Shown in pieces: positions 1-12,899 of a stretch of DNA of 64,000 nt. The notes beneath the pieces are model-generated. The model was not told where the DNA came from and ran no database searches. It saw only the letters and a program-made list of their open reading frames with translations. The stretch is taken from NCBI GenBank assembly GCA_951406725.2, contig OX597821.1:84134001-84198000 (forward strand). The letters run 5' to 3'. Position 1 is the first letter of the stretch. Each line of letters opens with the position of its first letter. Source of the stretch: Octopus vulgaris (lineage: Eukaryota). The position numbers and the translations under genes are program-made.

Positions 1-168
1 AATGGTGTAAACAAAAAACATTAAAAAAAACAGTAATTTACAGGAAAAAAATAAAGAAACATAATGAAACGAAGTTCCTGATTGGGGAGAAAATACCACC
101 CAGGGGCAACCAAGGAACCCCACAGATGCCGAGGCATCCTACCCTCACCGGAAATACCACGGCTTGTG

Positions 169-210
<42 letters not shown>

Positions 211-479
211 GCTCTCCTGTGTACTATTCAGCTTAAGACAGGATGGCCACGACTGAAACGCGTTCGGATTAGCATAGGCCTGCTCAAACGGCCGACTCGG
301 GGCTAAACAACAACGAAAGCCACCCGGAAACACAATAGTCCACACACACATGCACACACACACACGCACACATACACACATGCACCTATATACACACACG
401 CACACATCTCCCTATAATCGTCACCACTACCACTATCACATACCAAGCGTTATTAACACGATCCTTTCTACACATTAAC

Positions 480-514
480 ACACCATCACCATCATCATCA
501 TGACCATCATCATC

Positions 515-548
<34 letters not shown>

Positions 549-730
549 CCATCATCATCATCATGACCATCATCATCATCATCATCACCATCATGACCAT
601 CATCATCATCATCATCATCACCACCACCACCATCATCATGATGACCATCATCATCATCATCATCATCACCACCACCACCATCATCACCATCATCATCATT
701 ATCATCATCATCATCACCATCATCATCATC

Positions 731-764
<34 letters not shown>

Positions 765-808
765 TCACCATCACCATCATCACCATCATCATCATTATCA
801 TCATCATT

Positions 809-839
<31 letters not shown>

Positions 840-873
840 ACATCATCATCATCATCATCATCACCATCATCAT
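480..873. repeat. (CAT/CAC)n trinucleotide microsatellite
   Basis: Direct reading; source of the poly-D/M/I ORFs. Confidence 0.97.
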
Positions 874-927
874 CGCCTTCACTTTTGTACACTGCACAGC
901 ATCTAAACGACACACATCACACTGCCT

Positions 928-958
<31 letters not shown>

Positions 959-1078
959 CATCTTCACTACTACAAGCAACATAGTACACGCCACCACCAC
1001 CACCACCACCACCACTTCGCATTAACACATTCACAACTACCACACCGCTACACCAACCTACATGCCATCGCGCGCAGC

Positions 1079-1141
1079 CACACACACACACACACACACA
1101 CACATAACGCTATCCACCACGATACATCACCATCACACATC

Positions 1142-1200
<59 letters not shown>

Positions 1201-1201
1201 C

Positions 1202-1254
<53 letters not shown>

Positions 1255-1470
1255 CACACACACACACACACATCAACACACAGACACACACACACACACA
1301 CATCAACACACACACACATCACACACACACACACATCAACACACACACACAACACACACACACACACATCAACACACACACACACATCAACACACACACA
1401 CAACACACACACACACAACACACACACACACACACACACACATCAACACACACACACAAACACACACATA
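1079..1470. repeat. (CA)n tract with recurring CATCAA interruptions
   Basis: Direct reading. Confidence 0.95.
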
Positions 1471-1905
1471 CACATGCCATGGCCATCTCTTACGACACGC
1501 TATCACACACCACCGCTTTAACGCCAACACAAGTCACACACTTCTTTCAAAAAACGCATACACTAACTAATATCAACACGCATTTACACAAACACATTCA
1601 CGCACTCTCCATACACACACACACACACACACATGCATATTAATAGATGCATTCCTCTCTCATTTCCTCTGCATTTCTCTTCTTTTCACACATGCATTCA
1701 TGCACAGAAATATATAAACACACCGACGGATAATCGCTTTCTCCCCCCCCCCCTCCTACCCGGCCATCAGTTCCACGCACTCCACACACACGACTATATA
1801 TATACAGATATAGATAATCTCCATCACACGTTCCCTTTCATTTCTCCCTCCCTCTCTCTGACTTTCTTTCTATCTCTTTCTCTGTCTCTCTCTGTCTCTC
1901 TCTCT

Positions 1906-1978
<73 letters not shown>

Positions 1979-2199
1979 CACACACACACACACACATATA
2001 CATATGTATATATATCAGTCTGCACACATACGTACATTCATTCATACATACATGCATAACATGCATACATGCATGCATGATTGCATATATACATATATGT
2101 ATGTATGTATGTATGTATATATATATATATCACACAGATGAGTACATTTATATGTATAAATTCATACACAGACACATATATACATGCACATACGTATGC

Positions 2200-2242
<43 letters not shown>

Positions 2243-2758
2243 TTTATATACATATATGCATATATTCATATACATACAACATGCCTTATATACACACATA
2301 CATACACAATCATACGTACATACATAAAATACATACACGCATACACACACACACACACACACACACTCACGCACACACACGTACACGCACGTACGCACGC
2401 ACACAGTAAGGTAACCACAATTGATGAAGTTGTCGGATGTGGTGATTGGAGAAGGTGGTGGAGAGGGAGAAAAAAATGTTTTGTTGAAGTGTTTTAAAAA
2501 GGTCACGGTTGTGTGGTCAGCCATTGGTGCGGAACATATTTTTGGTTAGGTAAATGAAAGAAACCAAGGAAAAAAAAGAAGTAAAAAAGAAAATTGACAA
2601 ACAAACACACACAAAAAGACTGTTTATAATGTGACAGGGTGTTCATAATTTATTGTTTAGCTATTGTAAAGGCAGTTTGTTTGTTTTGTTGTTTTTCTTT
2701 GTATGTCTGTCGCACCTCCACATTGCTCGTCAAATACACACAATTACATGTGCAAAAT

Positions 2759-2821
<63 letters not shown>

Positions 2822-3149
2822 TTAGTTATATATTATACATACATACACATATATATATATATATGTTATGCACACGTGTAAGTGGATGTTTGTTCATATA
2901 CTTACGTGTATGCGGATGGGTGTATAAATATATATATGAACGCAGATCAGATAGTAAAATACAGCTTTATAGATGCGTGTATGTGTGTATGTTTGTATAC
3001 ATACACATATACATATTCTCACACATATATGCATATATATATATATATATATATGTATGCATATAAATCTGTACATGTGGGCATGTGTATATACACAATA
3101 TATACATATATGTATACACATACATACACACACAGATATATATATATTC

Positions 3150-3204
<55 letters not shown>

Positions 3205-3206
<2 letters not shown>

Positions 3207-3412
3207 ACCGCGTGTGTATCGTTGGCGATTTTTTCCTCCGTCTTCCCTTCCTTGGACTTTTCCTTTTTTCTATATTTCTGACGAAGAGCTCCGCTCGAAA
3301 CGTTAAATCCTCCTTCTTTCTTTCCTTTCCTGAGCATCCAATAACACTATACTTGTTCCACGTCCTCACGTTGTTGTGTTTTCTCTTTGTGTATTCATGC
3401 TTGGATTATCTT

Positions 3413-3415
<3 letters not shown>
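3205..3415 (+). mobile_element. Penelope-like element 3' end / pLTR remnant
   Basis: Carries the hammerhead; the downstream 'ttcctgagc...' segment resembles the PLE ends at 44003-44120 and 62220-62355; ends in (TA)n. Confidence 0.6.
3274..3308 (+). ncRNA. Minimal type I hammerhead ribozyme motif (PLE-type)
   Basis: attt CTGACGA a gagc-tcc-gctc GAAA cg TT aaat: stem I attt/aaat, intact core, 4-bp stem II, palindromic ACGT stem III, GUU cleavage triplet. Confidence 0.8.
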
Positions 3416-3464
<49 letters not shown>

Positions 3465-3659
3465 TTAAAACTATGCTCTCTAGACAAAAATTACATCTCG
3501 ATGCAATACCTATATATGTAAGGGACATGAGTACACAGCATTAAAATTGGTGCTGCAGTTAAAGCTTAACGTACAAGTACATGCAAAAGATGCATACAAT
3601 AAGCAAATGAGATGCGTAATCTGAGCTCTTTCAGTTATTTAATCTTTATCCTCAATATA

Positions 3660-4070
3660 GGCGTAGGAGTGGCTGTGTGGTAAGTAGCTTGCTTACAAAC
3701 CACATAGTTCCGGGTTCAGTCCCACTGCGTGGCACCTTGGGCTAGTGTCTTCTACTATAGCCTCGGGCCGACCAAACCCTTGTGAGTGGATTTGGTGGAC
3801 GGAAACTGAAAGAAGCCCGTCGTATATATGTATATATATATATGTATGTGCGTGTATGTTTGTGTGTCTGTGTTTGTCCCCCTAGCATTGCTTGACAACC
3901 GATGCTGGTGTGTTTATGTCCCCGTCACTTAGCGGTTCGGAAAAAGAGACCGATAGAATAAGTACTAGGCTTACAAAGAATAAGTCCCGGGGTCGAGTTG
4001 CTCGATTAAAGGCGGTGCTCCAGCATGGCCGCTGTCAAAATGACTGAAACAAGTAAAAAGAGAAAAAAAG
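3660..4070 (+). mobile_element. tRNA-derived SINE, family A (full length)
   Basis: Head ggcgtaggagtggctgtgtggtaag...gggttcagtcccact (A/B-box-like), central TA/TG tract, tail ccagcatggccgc..gactgaaacaagtaaaag; many near-identical copies in the window. Confidence 0.92.
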
Positions 4071-4429
4071 AGATATTGTCAAGGTTTTCATTTCATCATA
4101 TGCTTACTAGAATTATATCCAACCTTCAACTCCCAACTTATTTTATTTCTACGAGCAAAGATGTCGTATCTTTTATCATACGTCGATGCGTCATCAGGGG
4201 ACTCAGTAGAAAGGTCGAGAAGCAAATTTACCGCTATTTGCTATTTTATAGGCACTGCTACCTGCGCTGGATTAACCATTCAACAAAACAGGCACGTGCT
4301 TTGGTCAACAAGGCTAGGTGGGGGACACCACTGAGATGGTAAATGGTTTACGGCACAAAAGAAATCACTTTAAACTTGCTAAAATGATATTCGTAATGCC
4401 TTTATCTGTGATGGAAATCGGAAGTCATT

Positions 4430-6514
4430 CAAAGAAAGAGTATACAAGATTTGTAGTAACATTCGTGGCTTTGTAAAAAGAAAAACCACCAAGATTGGTT
4501 TGACGATAATGATGAAGTTAATCTTGTCTTAGAGGAGAAGCGAAAGCCATTTAACATGTTGCAAAATGTTGACATGTCAGAGAATAGGACAGTGGCTACA
4601 TATTTCAAGGCAGTAAAAGCAACAGTACAGAGGAAGCTACGGATGATGCAGGAAAATTGGTGGAGTGATAGATGCGACGAGATCCAAGAAGCTTCAAATG
4701 CTAACAGTTCCAAACTTTTTTACTCTCTTTTGAAAAAGTTTACGGACCAGTTTCATCAAAGGTTGCACCACTTCGGAGCAAGGATGGCACAGAATTATTA
4801 ACGAATCCTAAAGATATTGTTGGGAGATGGAAAGAACATTTTGATGAATTGCTCAATAGACCCAATGAAGTTGACCTCTCTTTTCTTGATAATATAGCCG
4901 AGATACCAATAAAACATCTTATAACAAAAGTTCCAAATTTGGCTGAAATAAAAGCAGCAATCATGAAATTGAAAAATGGAAAGGCCCCTGGATGGTCTAG
5001 GTGCAGCGATATATAAATATGGTGGTGATCATATTTGTTTAATGTTGACGGATGTGATTCAGAGGGTTTGGCAAAGTGAAGAGGTTCCTCCAGATTGACT
5101 TGAGGCAACTATGGAGATACTATATAAATCTAAAGGCGGAAAGGATGTCTATGATAATCATCGCGGCATCTGGCTATTACTGGAAAGGTCCTCTCTAGGG
5201 TAATGCTGGATAGATTACTTCTGCACATTACTGATGAGGTTCTACCAGAATCGCAATGTGGGTTTAGGGATAGTAGGAGTAGTATGGATATGATATTTTC
5301 AGCTACACAGTTGCAAGAGAAGTGCATCGAACAGGATATGGACTTATACCAGGTTTTCATTGACCTAACAAAAGCGTTTGATTCTATCAATAGAATTGCA
5401 CTCTGGGAGATCCTAAAAATGCTTGCATGCCCTGAAAAATTTGTGAGAATATTTAGACAATTCCATGACAAGATAGAAGTGAGAGTTAACGTTGGAGGTA
5501 TTTTATCAGATCCAGTATCTGTAGAAAATGGTGTAAAGCAAGGTTATATTCCTGCTCCTATACTGTTTGCTATATATTTCGCAATAGTCTTTCAAATAGC
5601 TTTTAAAGATGGCCCTGAATGGGTCTATATAAGATATAGGACAACAGGAAAACTGTTCAATCTCAAAAGACTTTGTGCCACAACGAAAGCTCTGCATTCT
5701 CACCACGTTGAGTTCTTGTATGCAGATGATTGTGATCTGTTGGCACATTCTCAGAAAGATATGCAGCACATGGTGAATGCGATTTCTGCAGCATGTGCAG
5801 CATTGGGTCTAACGATCAATCTTAGAAAAACTGTTATAATGTACCAGCCCGCTCCCTCCAAGATGTATGTGGAACCTTTTATAACTGTGAATGGTCAACG
5901 GTTGGAGACTGTCCCTAGATTTATTTATTTAGGAAGTACCTTGAGCACTGCTGGTCTCGATGACGAAATTTCATACAGAATCAACAGGGCTAGTAGTGGT
6001 TTTGGTAGGCTTGATAGGCGTCTGTGGAAATACATAATATATCTTCACAAATTAAAGTTAAGGTATATAACACATGCGTCCTCCCATCTTTGCTATATGG
6101 AAGTGAGGCATGGGTTGTTTACCGTAGGCAGGCAAGGCAATTGGAACGATTTTATCACTACTGTCTGCGAAACATTTGGGAGATAAACTGGAAAATGGCC
6201 ATTAGTAATGTGCAAGTGCTTGAGAGGAGTGGCAGTAGAAGTATAGAGTGGCTATTAAAATTCACAACAGAACATGTGTCAAATGTAGAAGGGTGTGCCT
6301 CTTACTTGGAGGTCTAAAAAGAAATGTTAAGAGAGTGTATATGGTGGCACCTGTTTCTCCTGCCAGCCAGCACAGTTGTCCAGTAAGTAATAAAATGTGT
6401 AAAAGCTTGGCCGGGCTTAAAAGTCATATAAGGGCATCAACATGGCAACAACCATGAATCATTTCAGCAAGACTTCTTGGCAATGGCTTTTCTCGTGTAA
6501 CGAGGGTGCCGCTA

Positions 6515-6516
<2 letters not shown>
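4430..6516 (+). pseudogene. 5'-truncated RTE-clade LINE, degenerate ORF with reverse transcriptase domain
   Basis: ORF 5203-6186 has PESQCGFR, FIDLTKAFDSI, GVKQG and YADD motifs; frameshifted flanking ORFs; degenerate C-terminal Zn finger (HSCPVSNKMCKSLAGLKSHIR); short 3' UTR ending in (AT)n. Confidence 0.93.
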
Positions 6517-6561
<45 letters not shown>

Positions 6562-6639
6562 TAAATAAAATAAACATATGCATATATATAAACATATATG
6601 TACGTACCTACCTCTACATGTACATATACACGCATATAT

Positions 6640-7132
6640 GAGTACAGGACACCAAAAAGACGTCGAACACAATGAGAAACGAAAACATAGACACAAACCA
6701 AGGAACTGGACATTTTTTTAAACAAAACAAAAAAAAATAGAGTACAGGACAATTAACACAAAGAAAAAAACCCTTCTTCAGTCGCTATGGTTTCATCTAC
6801 TCTACGTTTCGAAGGTGAAAGCGAGACGTATCTTCGACAAGAAACTTTCCTTCCTGCGAAAAGCAAATCAATTAAAATTCTGAGATCTTTTCGCAGAGGG
6901 GTAAAAATGGTAACAAAAACAGGACAGTAACGACAGTACAAATTATAAACAGTAAAAGACAGGACAAGGAGAAACAAGATAAGGAGGGCTGTTAACGCCG
7001 AACGAAAAAAAGTATTGCGAACGCGGATTTTTTTATGAACGACGAGCGGAGCAGAAAGAATGTCGTCCATACTTTGAGAGGGCCAGGCCAGAAAGACAGC
7101 AGCGGAAGTCACGTCGCGGGTCAACGACGAGA

Positions 7133-7135
<3 letters not shown>
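6640..7135 (-). mobile_element. Probable Penelope-like 3' remnant, homologous to 58340-58720
   Basis: Shared blocks (ggtaacaa.aacag.acagt, gagggctgttaa); minus strand reads ...FGVNSP, like the HGLNSFP end of the GIY-YIG ORF at 44929; hammerhead-like pieces. Confidence 0.5.
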
Positions 7136-7208
<73 letters not shown>

Positions 7209-8039
7209 TTATGTATGTATCTGTATACATATATATGTCTGTATATATAAAGTATATTTTATATACATATACATATGTGTGTGTGTGTATGTGCGTGTGT
7301 ATGTATTAAATAAAACAAACAATATAACAAAAATGATAGTGCTCAGTATGTTGGCGACAGGAGTAAAAGAGACATGGCTAAACAAAGTTGTATATCTCTC
7401 CCTCTTTCTCTCACACACCCACTCTTTCTCTCTCTCTTATTATTATTACTCCCACTGCCATCATCAACACTACTACTTTTAATAAAACATCATCAACTCT
7501 CCCTAAATTTCTTTGTCACTCACTCTCTCTGCCTTTCTTATTTCTCTCTCTCTCTCTCTGTCTTCACTACCGTCCCCACCGCCTCTATGCTTACTATTAC
7601 TCTCACCCTATCATGAAGGATAGTAGGAGTATCATTGAATAGTGAGAGAGGAGATCTACGTGTGACACACTGACACACTGAAATTAGCTTTCGCATTTAT
7701 TATATTAGATGTTTAGATATGCAAGAATATACATGAGAAGGCATACAGAAAGCAAAACATACATGTATACATACATGCTTACATATCCTGTTATTGATGT
7801 TGAGATTCCATTGAAAGAACATTGGATCTAGGTTAGAAACCAGCTCTTTCTCTGTTGGCAAGAAATCTTGAAATAAAACTGAATAATGGTATGCACGCAC
7901 GCACGCACACACACGCGCGCGCAGGCACGCTCACATACATACATAGTTGTTTATTTTTTGTGGTACGAAACTTCCATTCCAGCCACATGGTTCCGGGTTC
8001 AGTCTCCCTGCATGGTACATTGGACAAGTGTCTTCTACT

Positions 8040-8256
8040 ATCTGTTTCTTTATTACCCACAAGGGGCTAAACATAGACAAACGGATTAAGTCGATTACAT
8101 TGACACCAGTGCGTGACTGGTACTTAATTTATTGACCCCGAAAGGATGAAAGGCAAAGTCGACCTCGGCGGAATTTGAACTCAGAACGTAACGGTAAACG
8201 AAATACGGCTACGCATTTCGCCCGGCGTGCTAACGTTTCTGCCAGTTCACCGCCTT
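8040..8256 (-). mobile_element. SINE family B
   Basis: Reverse complement of ggcggtgaactggcagaaacgttagcacg...gagttcaaattccgccgaggtcgactttgcctttcatcctttcggggtc. Confidence 0.9.
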
Positions 8257-8273
8257 CTGCTATCGCCTCTTGT

Positions 8274-8358
<85 letters not shown>

Positions 8359-8629
8359 GTGTGTGTAGATATATATATACAGATAAACGGGCAGAAACAA
8401 GGAAAATGTCACTTGTATTTGAACACTATACAAATATTATTTTTAAAAATCTTTTCATTTAATTTTTCCCAAATTTAATTGTTTTCCATACTTACAGTTG
8501 AAAAAGTCGCAATGACTGAAACCGGTACTGAAATGTTTTATATAAGATTATTTTAGCATTTTCTATCTTGACTTTTCTTTCCACAAATAAATAAATAAAT
8601 AAGTATATATATATATATATATATAAGGA

Positions 8630-8970
8630 ACCCTTCGGTCAGGAATAACCATGGGTTTCCACCTAAAATGTTAAAATCCGAGGCACAAGTCCTGGCAAGG
8701 TTGTTCGTGGAAGGCCAGCCTCCTCTCTCCACACCATGAATACCAGCCTCCTCTCTCCACACCATTGATGTTATCTAAGGGAAAGGCAAAGGGGCCGATG
8801 CAGCTTGGCACCAGTGATATCGCAACTCATTACTACAGCTGAGTGAACTGGAGCAACATAAAATAAAGTGTCTTGCTCAAGAACACAACACACAACCCAA
8901 TCTGGGAATCGAACTCATTACCTCATGACTGTGAGCCCGACATTCTAACCACTGAGCTACGCGCCTTCAC
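8630..8970 (-). mobile_element. tRNA-derived SINE family C (CORE-like middle)
   Basis: Head gaaggcgcgtagctcagtggttagaatgtcgggctcac...gagttcgattccc, then gttcttgagcaagacactttattt. Confidence 0.85.
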
Positions 8971-9010
8971 TTTTCCGTCTCTCTCTCTCTCTACACACAC
9001 GCGCACACAC

Positions 9011-9074
<64 letters not shown>

Positions 9075-9076
<2 letters not shown>

Positions 9077-9335
9077 GGTGGACTCGCCCGTCGAAGATGA
9101 TGTATGAGTTCCCAGCTTTTGCCGAATGACCTGTACAAATGATTTCCCCTCCATCAAAGCGAGGTTACCTGGACAGGTGCACGGTGTGCAACACGTCAGG
9201 TGTTGAAGGGATCGCAAAGCAACCTGAAATGAAATGTTTTGTTCAAGCATGCAAAGCATCACCCGTCCTAGGAATTGAAACCACGGTCGCGCGACCGTGA
9301 ATTCAATACCCTATACCACTAGACCATGCGACTTC
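9075..9335 (-). mobile_element. SINE family C variant
   Basis: tRNA-like head at about 9270-9335; homologous to 57905-58190. Confidence 0.7.
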
Positions 9336-9602
9336 ATTATATTGTGTGTGTATGTGTGTATGCGTGTGCGTGTGTATGTGTGTATGCGTGTGTGTGTGTA
9401 TGTGTATGTGTCTTTATTTTTGCGTTTGTATCCCAGCTTTTGACAGCCGGTGTTAGTTTGTTCATTTCCCTTTAACTTAGTAGTTCGGCAAAATAAATTG
9501 ATAGAATAAGCATCAAAAGTAAAATTCTTAAGTAGCGGTGGGAGGTCAAGGCAATGCCTCAACATGGCACAATTCAATGATGGATACATGTAAAAAAATA
9601 AA

Positions 9603-9726
9603 AAGAAGAAGAAGAAGAAGAAGAAGAAGAAGAAGAAGAAGAAGAAGAAGAAGAAGAAGAAGAAGAAGAAGAAGAAGAAGAAGAAGAAGAAGAAGAAGAA
9701 GAAGAAGAAGAAGAAGAAGGAGAAGA
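9603..9726. repeat. Pure (GAA)n tract
   Basis: Direct reading; source of the poly-R/F/S ORFs. Confidence 0.97.
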
Positions 9727-9868
9727 GGTGGGAGGAAAGGGGAAAATACTTTTTAAAAACCCCAAAAATATTAGTGTTACAAAAAAAGTCTTTAATCAAA
9801 AGAATCTTATGTTGAAAAATTAAATATTGAATGAGAAATCATTGATTTGATAAATAAATAAATAAATA

Positions 9869-9904
<36 letters not shown>

Positions 9905-9905
9905 C

Positions 9906-9960
<55 letters not shown>

Positions 9961-9994
9961 AAATAAATAGATTTGGCTTAGAATAAATAGAATA

Positions 9995-10400
9995 GGCGTA
10001 GGAGTGGTTGTGTAGTAAGTAACTTGCTTACAAACCACATGGTTCCGGGTTCAGTCCCACTGCGTGGCACCTTGGGCAAGTGTCTTCTACTATAGCCTTG
10101 TGAGTGGATTTGGTAGACGGAAACTGAAAGAAGTCCGTCGTATATATGTATTTTTATGTATATATATGTATGTGTGTGTATATGTTTGTGTGTCTGTGTT
10201 TGTCCCCCCAACATCGCTTGACAACCGATGCTGGTGTGTTTACGTCCCCGTAACTTAACGGTTCGGCAAAAGAGACCGATAGAATAAGTACTAGGCTTAC
10301 AAAGAATAAGTCCTGGCGCCGATTTGCTCGAGTAAAGGCCGTGCTCCAGCATGGCCACAGTCAAATGACTGAAACAAGTAAAAGAGTAAAAGAAAGAGAG
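9995..10400 (+). mobile_element. SINE family A
   Basis: Near-identical to 3660-4070. Confidence 0.92.
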
Positions 10401-10956
10401 ATAAAATGTATTAACTTTAAGAATAGAAATATCGACAGTAAAATTTGTATTATACCTTGAAGTCAAGGGATGTTGAAAACTCTAAGCATTGAAAAAAATA
10501 TGATTTTCATGTAAAAATATATAAAGATTATATTTTCAACGAATTAGGAAAGCGTTGAATGAATTGATTCTAGATTTTATAATTAATTGAATAAAAGTGT
10601 TTCGGTGATAATGAATGATAAAATTAGATAAACCTAGGAGACGGTAGATGCTATATATGCATACGTACAAACATAAATATACGCTTGCATACATACATAC
10701 ATTCATACATTCATACATACATACATACATACTTGCATACATACATACATACATACATACATACATACATACATACATACATACAAACATACATACATAC
10801 ATTCATACACACTTGCAAACAAATTCACACACACATAAATATATACACACTTGCATAATGCATACTTGCATGCATACATACATTCATACACACTTGCAAA
10901 CAAATACACACATACATACACACTTGCATACATACATACATACATACATACATACA

Positions 10957-10990
<34 letters not shown>

Positions 10991-11068
10991 CATACCTACA
11001 TACATACACACACACACTTGCATGCATACATACGTACATACATATATACACATTTGCATACATTCATA

Positions 11069-11549
11069 ATAATGTTCGTCCTTCGGGTTCGAAGATGACC
11101 ATTGACATCATTTGGTGGAATTGCTGCTATGAGACCGGAGATGGCTGGTGAGGCCAATCCGGGCAAGAAAGCCCCTCCCACAGGTGGGGCAGAAGTGGGT
11201 AGGGGCTATGCTATTGGTGCAGGTGGCTCTGGCTGTCCGCATCTGGCGTTTCTGTTCTGCTGACTGAATCCGTCTCTCCTCGGCTGTCTTTGCTCCTGTG
11301 GTGATTGCGCTGCGCCAGGATGAGCGGTCGGCAGCAAGTGTCTCCCAAGTCTCTGTGCAGATGGAGAAGTTTTTGAGAGAGACTTTGAGACTGTCCTTGA
11401 AGCGCTTCTTCTGTCCTCCGACTTTGCGTTTGCCCTGGCTGAGTTCACCGTAGAAGAGCTGTTTTGGGATGCGAGTGTCGGACATGCGGGAGATGTGGCC
11501 TGCCCATCTCAGCTGGGCCTTGCGCATGATCACCATCGTGATCACCATC
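11069..11549 (-). mobile_element. RTE-clade LINE 3' end with open C-terminal reading frame and TSD
   Basis: QLRWAGHISRM..RIPKQLFYGEL..GKRKVGGQKKRFKDSLK...CPTCGRGFLARIGLTSHLRSH; flanked by catacattcata at 11057-11068 and 11550-11561. Confidence 0.93.
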
Positions 11550-11927
11550 CATACATTCATACATACATACAGACATACACACTTGCATACATACATATAT
11601 ACACACTTGCGTTCATGCATACATACATACGCACTTGCGCGCATACATATATATACATACACACTTGCATGAATACATACTTGAAGCATACATGCACACA
11701 CACTTGCATACATACATATATACACACTTGCGTTTATGCATACATACATACACACTTGCGCGCATACACACATACATACATACACACATTCATACATACT
11801 TCCATACACACATCCATACATACACACACACTTACATATATACATGCATACAGTATATATACATATGCATTCGTATGCATATATGCATATTTATATGCAT
11901 ATATACATGCACGCATACATACACACA

Positions 11928-12000
<73 letters not shown>

Positions 12001-12004
<4 letters not shown>

Positions 12005-12247
12005 GGAGTAAACACATAAATGTGAAACAAGGTGGAAAAAAGAGTACTCAAATACCAGTGGTATTTAAAGCAGCAGAAAAGTCAACAAAACCTGTTACTC
12101 TGAGTTTCCCGTCGCCGTTCATCGGACAAACAAAACCTGTTACTCTAAGTTTCCCGTTGCCGTTCATCGGACAGTTTGTCCGATGAACGGCGACGGGAAA
12201 CTCAGAGTAACAGGTTTTGTTTGAATTTTCTGCTGCTTTAAATAAAG
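12001..12247. mobile_element. Fold-back PLE-like micro-insertion with three hammerhead-like motifs
   Basis: Inverted arms at 12062 and 12244; motif copies at 12093-12128 (-), 12137-12174 (-) and 12177-12212 (+); flanked by (TA)n on both sides. Confidence 0.7.
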
Positions 12248-12574
12248 TATATATATATATATATACATGCTCATTCGCATGCATACATACATATATACTA
12301 GCATACATACTCATACATATATACATATACGCATGTATATAAACACATACACAGTTACAAGAATACTTATACATACGTGTATATTTAAGCGTATACAGAC
12401 TTATGCACACATATACATTTGTGTGTGTGGCCACATAGGTAAGGAGTTCATTTTAAATCCAGTAGTTCCAGCTTTGATTGCAGTAATCACACTTTGGACA
12501 AGTGTCTTACACTATAGCCTCAAGCTGACAAATATCCTAGGAATAGAATTTGGCTATATGTAGTTATATATAGT

Positions 12575-12890
12575 TATAGTGGTTAGAACGTCGGGCTCAC
12601 AATCATGGGGTAATGAGCTCGATTCTCGGACAGGGCTGTGTATTGTGTTATTGAGCAAGGCACTTTATTTAACGTTGGTTCAGTTCACTCAGTTGTAGAA
12701 ATGAGTTGTGACGTCACTGGTGCCATGCTTTATCAGCCTCTGCCTTTCCTTTGGATAACATCAATGGTGTGGAGAGGGGTGGCTGGTATGCATGGGCGAC
12801 TGCTGGTCTTCCATAAGCAACCCTGCTCAGACTTGTGTCTCGGAGGTTAAACTTCTTGGTACAATTCCATGGTCATTCATGGCCGAAATA
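12575..12890 (+). mobile_element. SINE family C
   Basis: Homologous to 8630-8970. Confidence 0.85.
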
Positions 12891-12899
12891 GGTATCTTT

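Noticed and set aside
386-2524. Long ORFs (poly-D, poly-I, HT and YI repeats)
   Set aside because: Translations of (CAT)n, (CA)n and (TA)n microsatellites; no domain or splice evidence.
9311-9799. Poly-R/F/S ORFs
   Set aside because: Produced by the (GAA)n tract.
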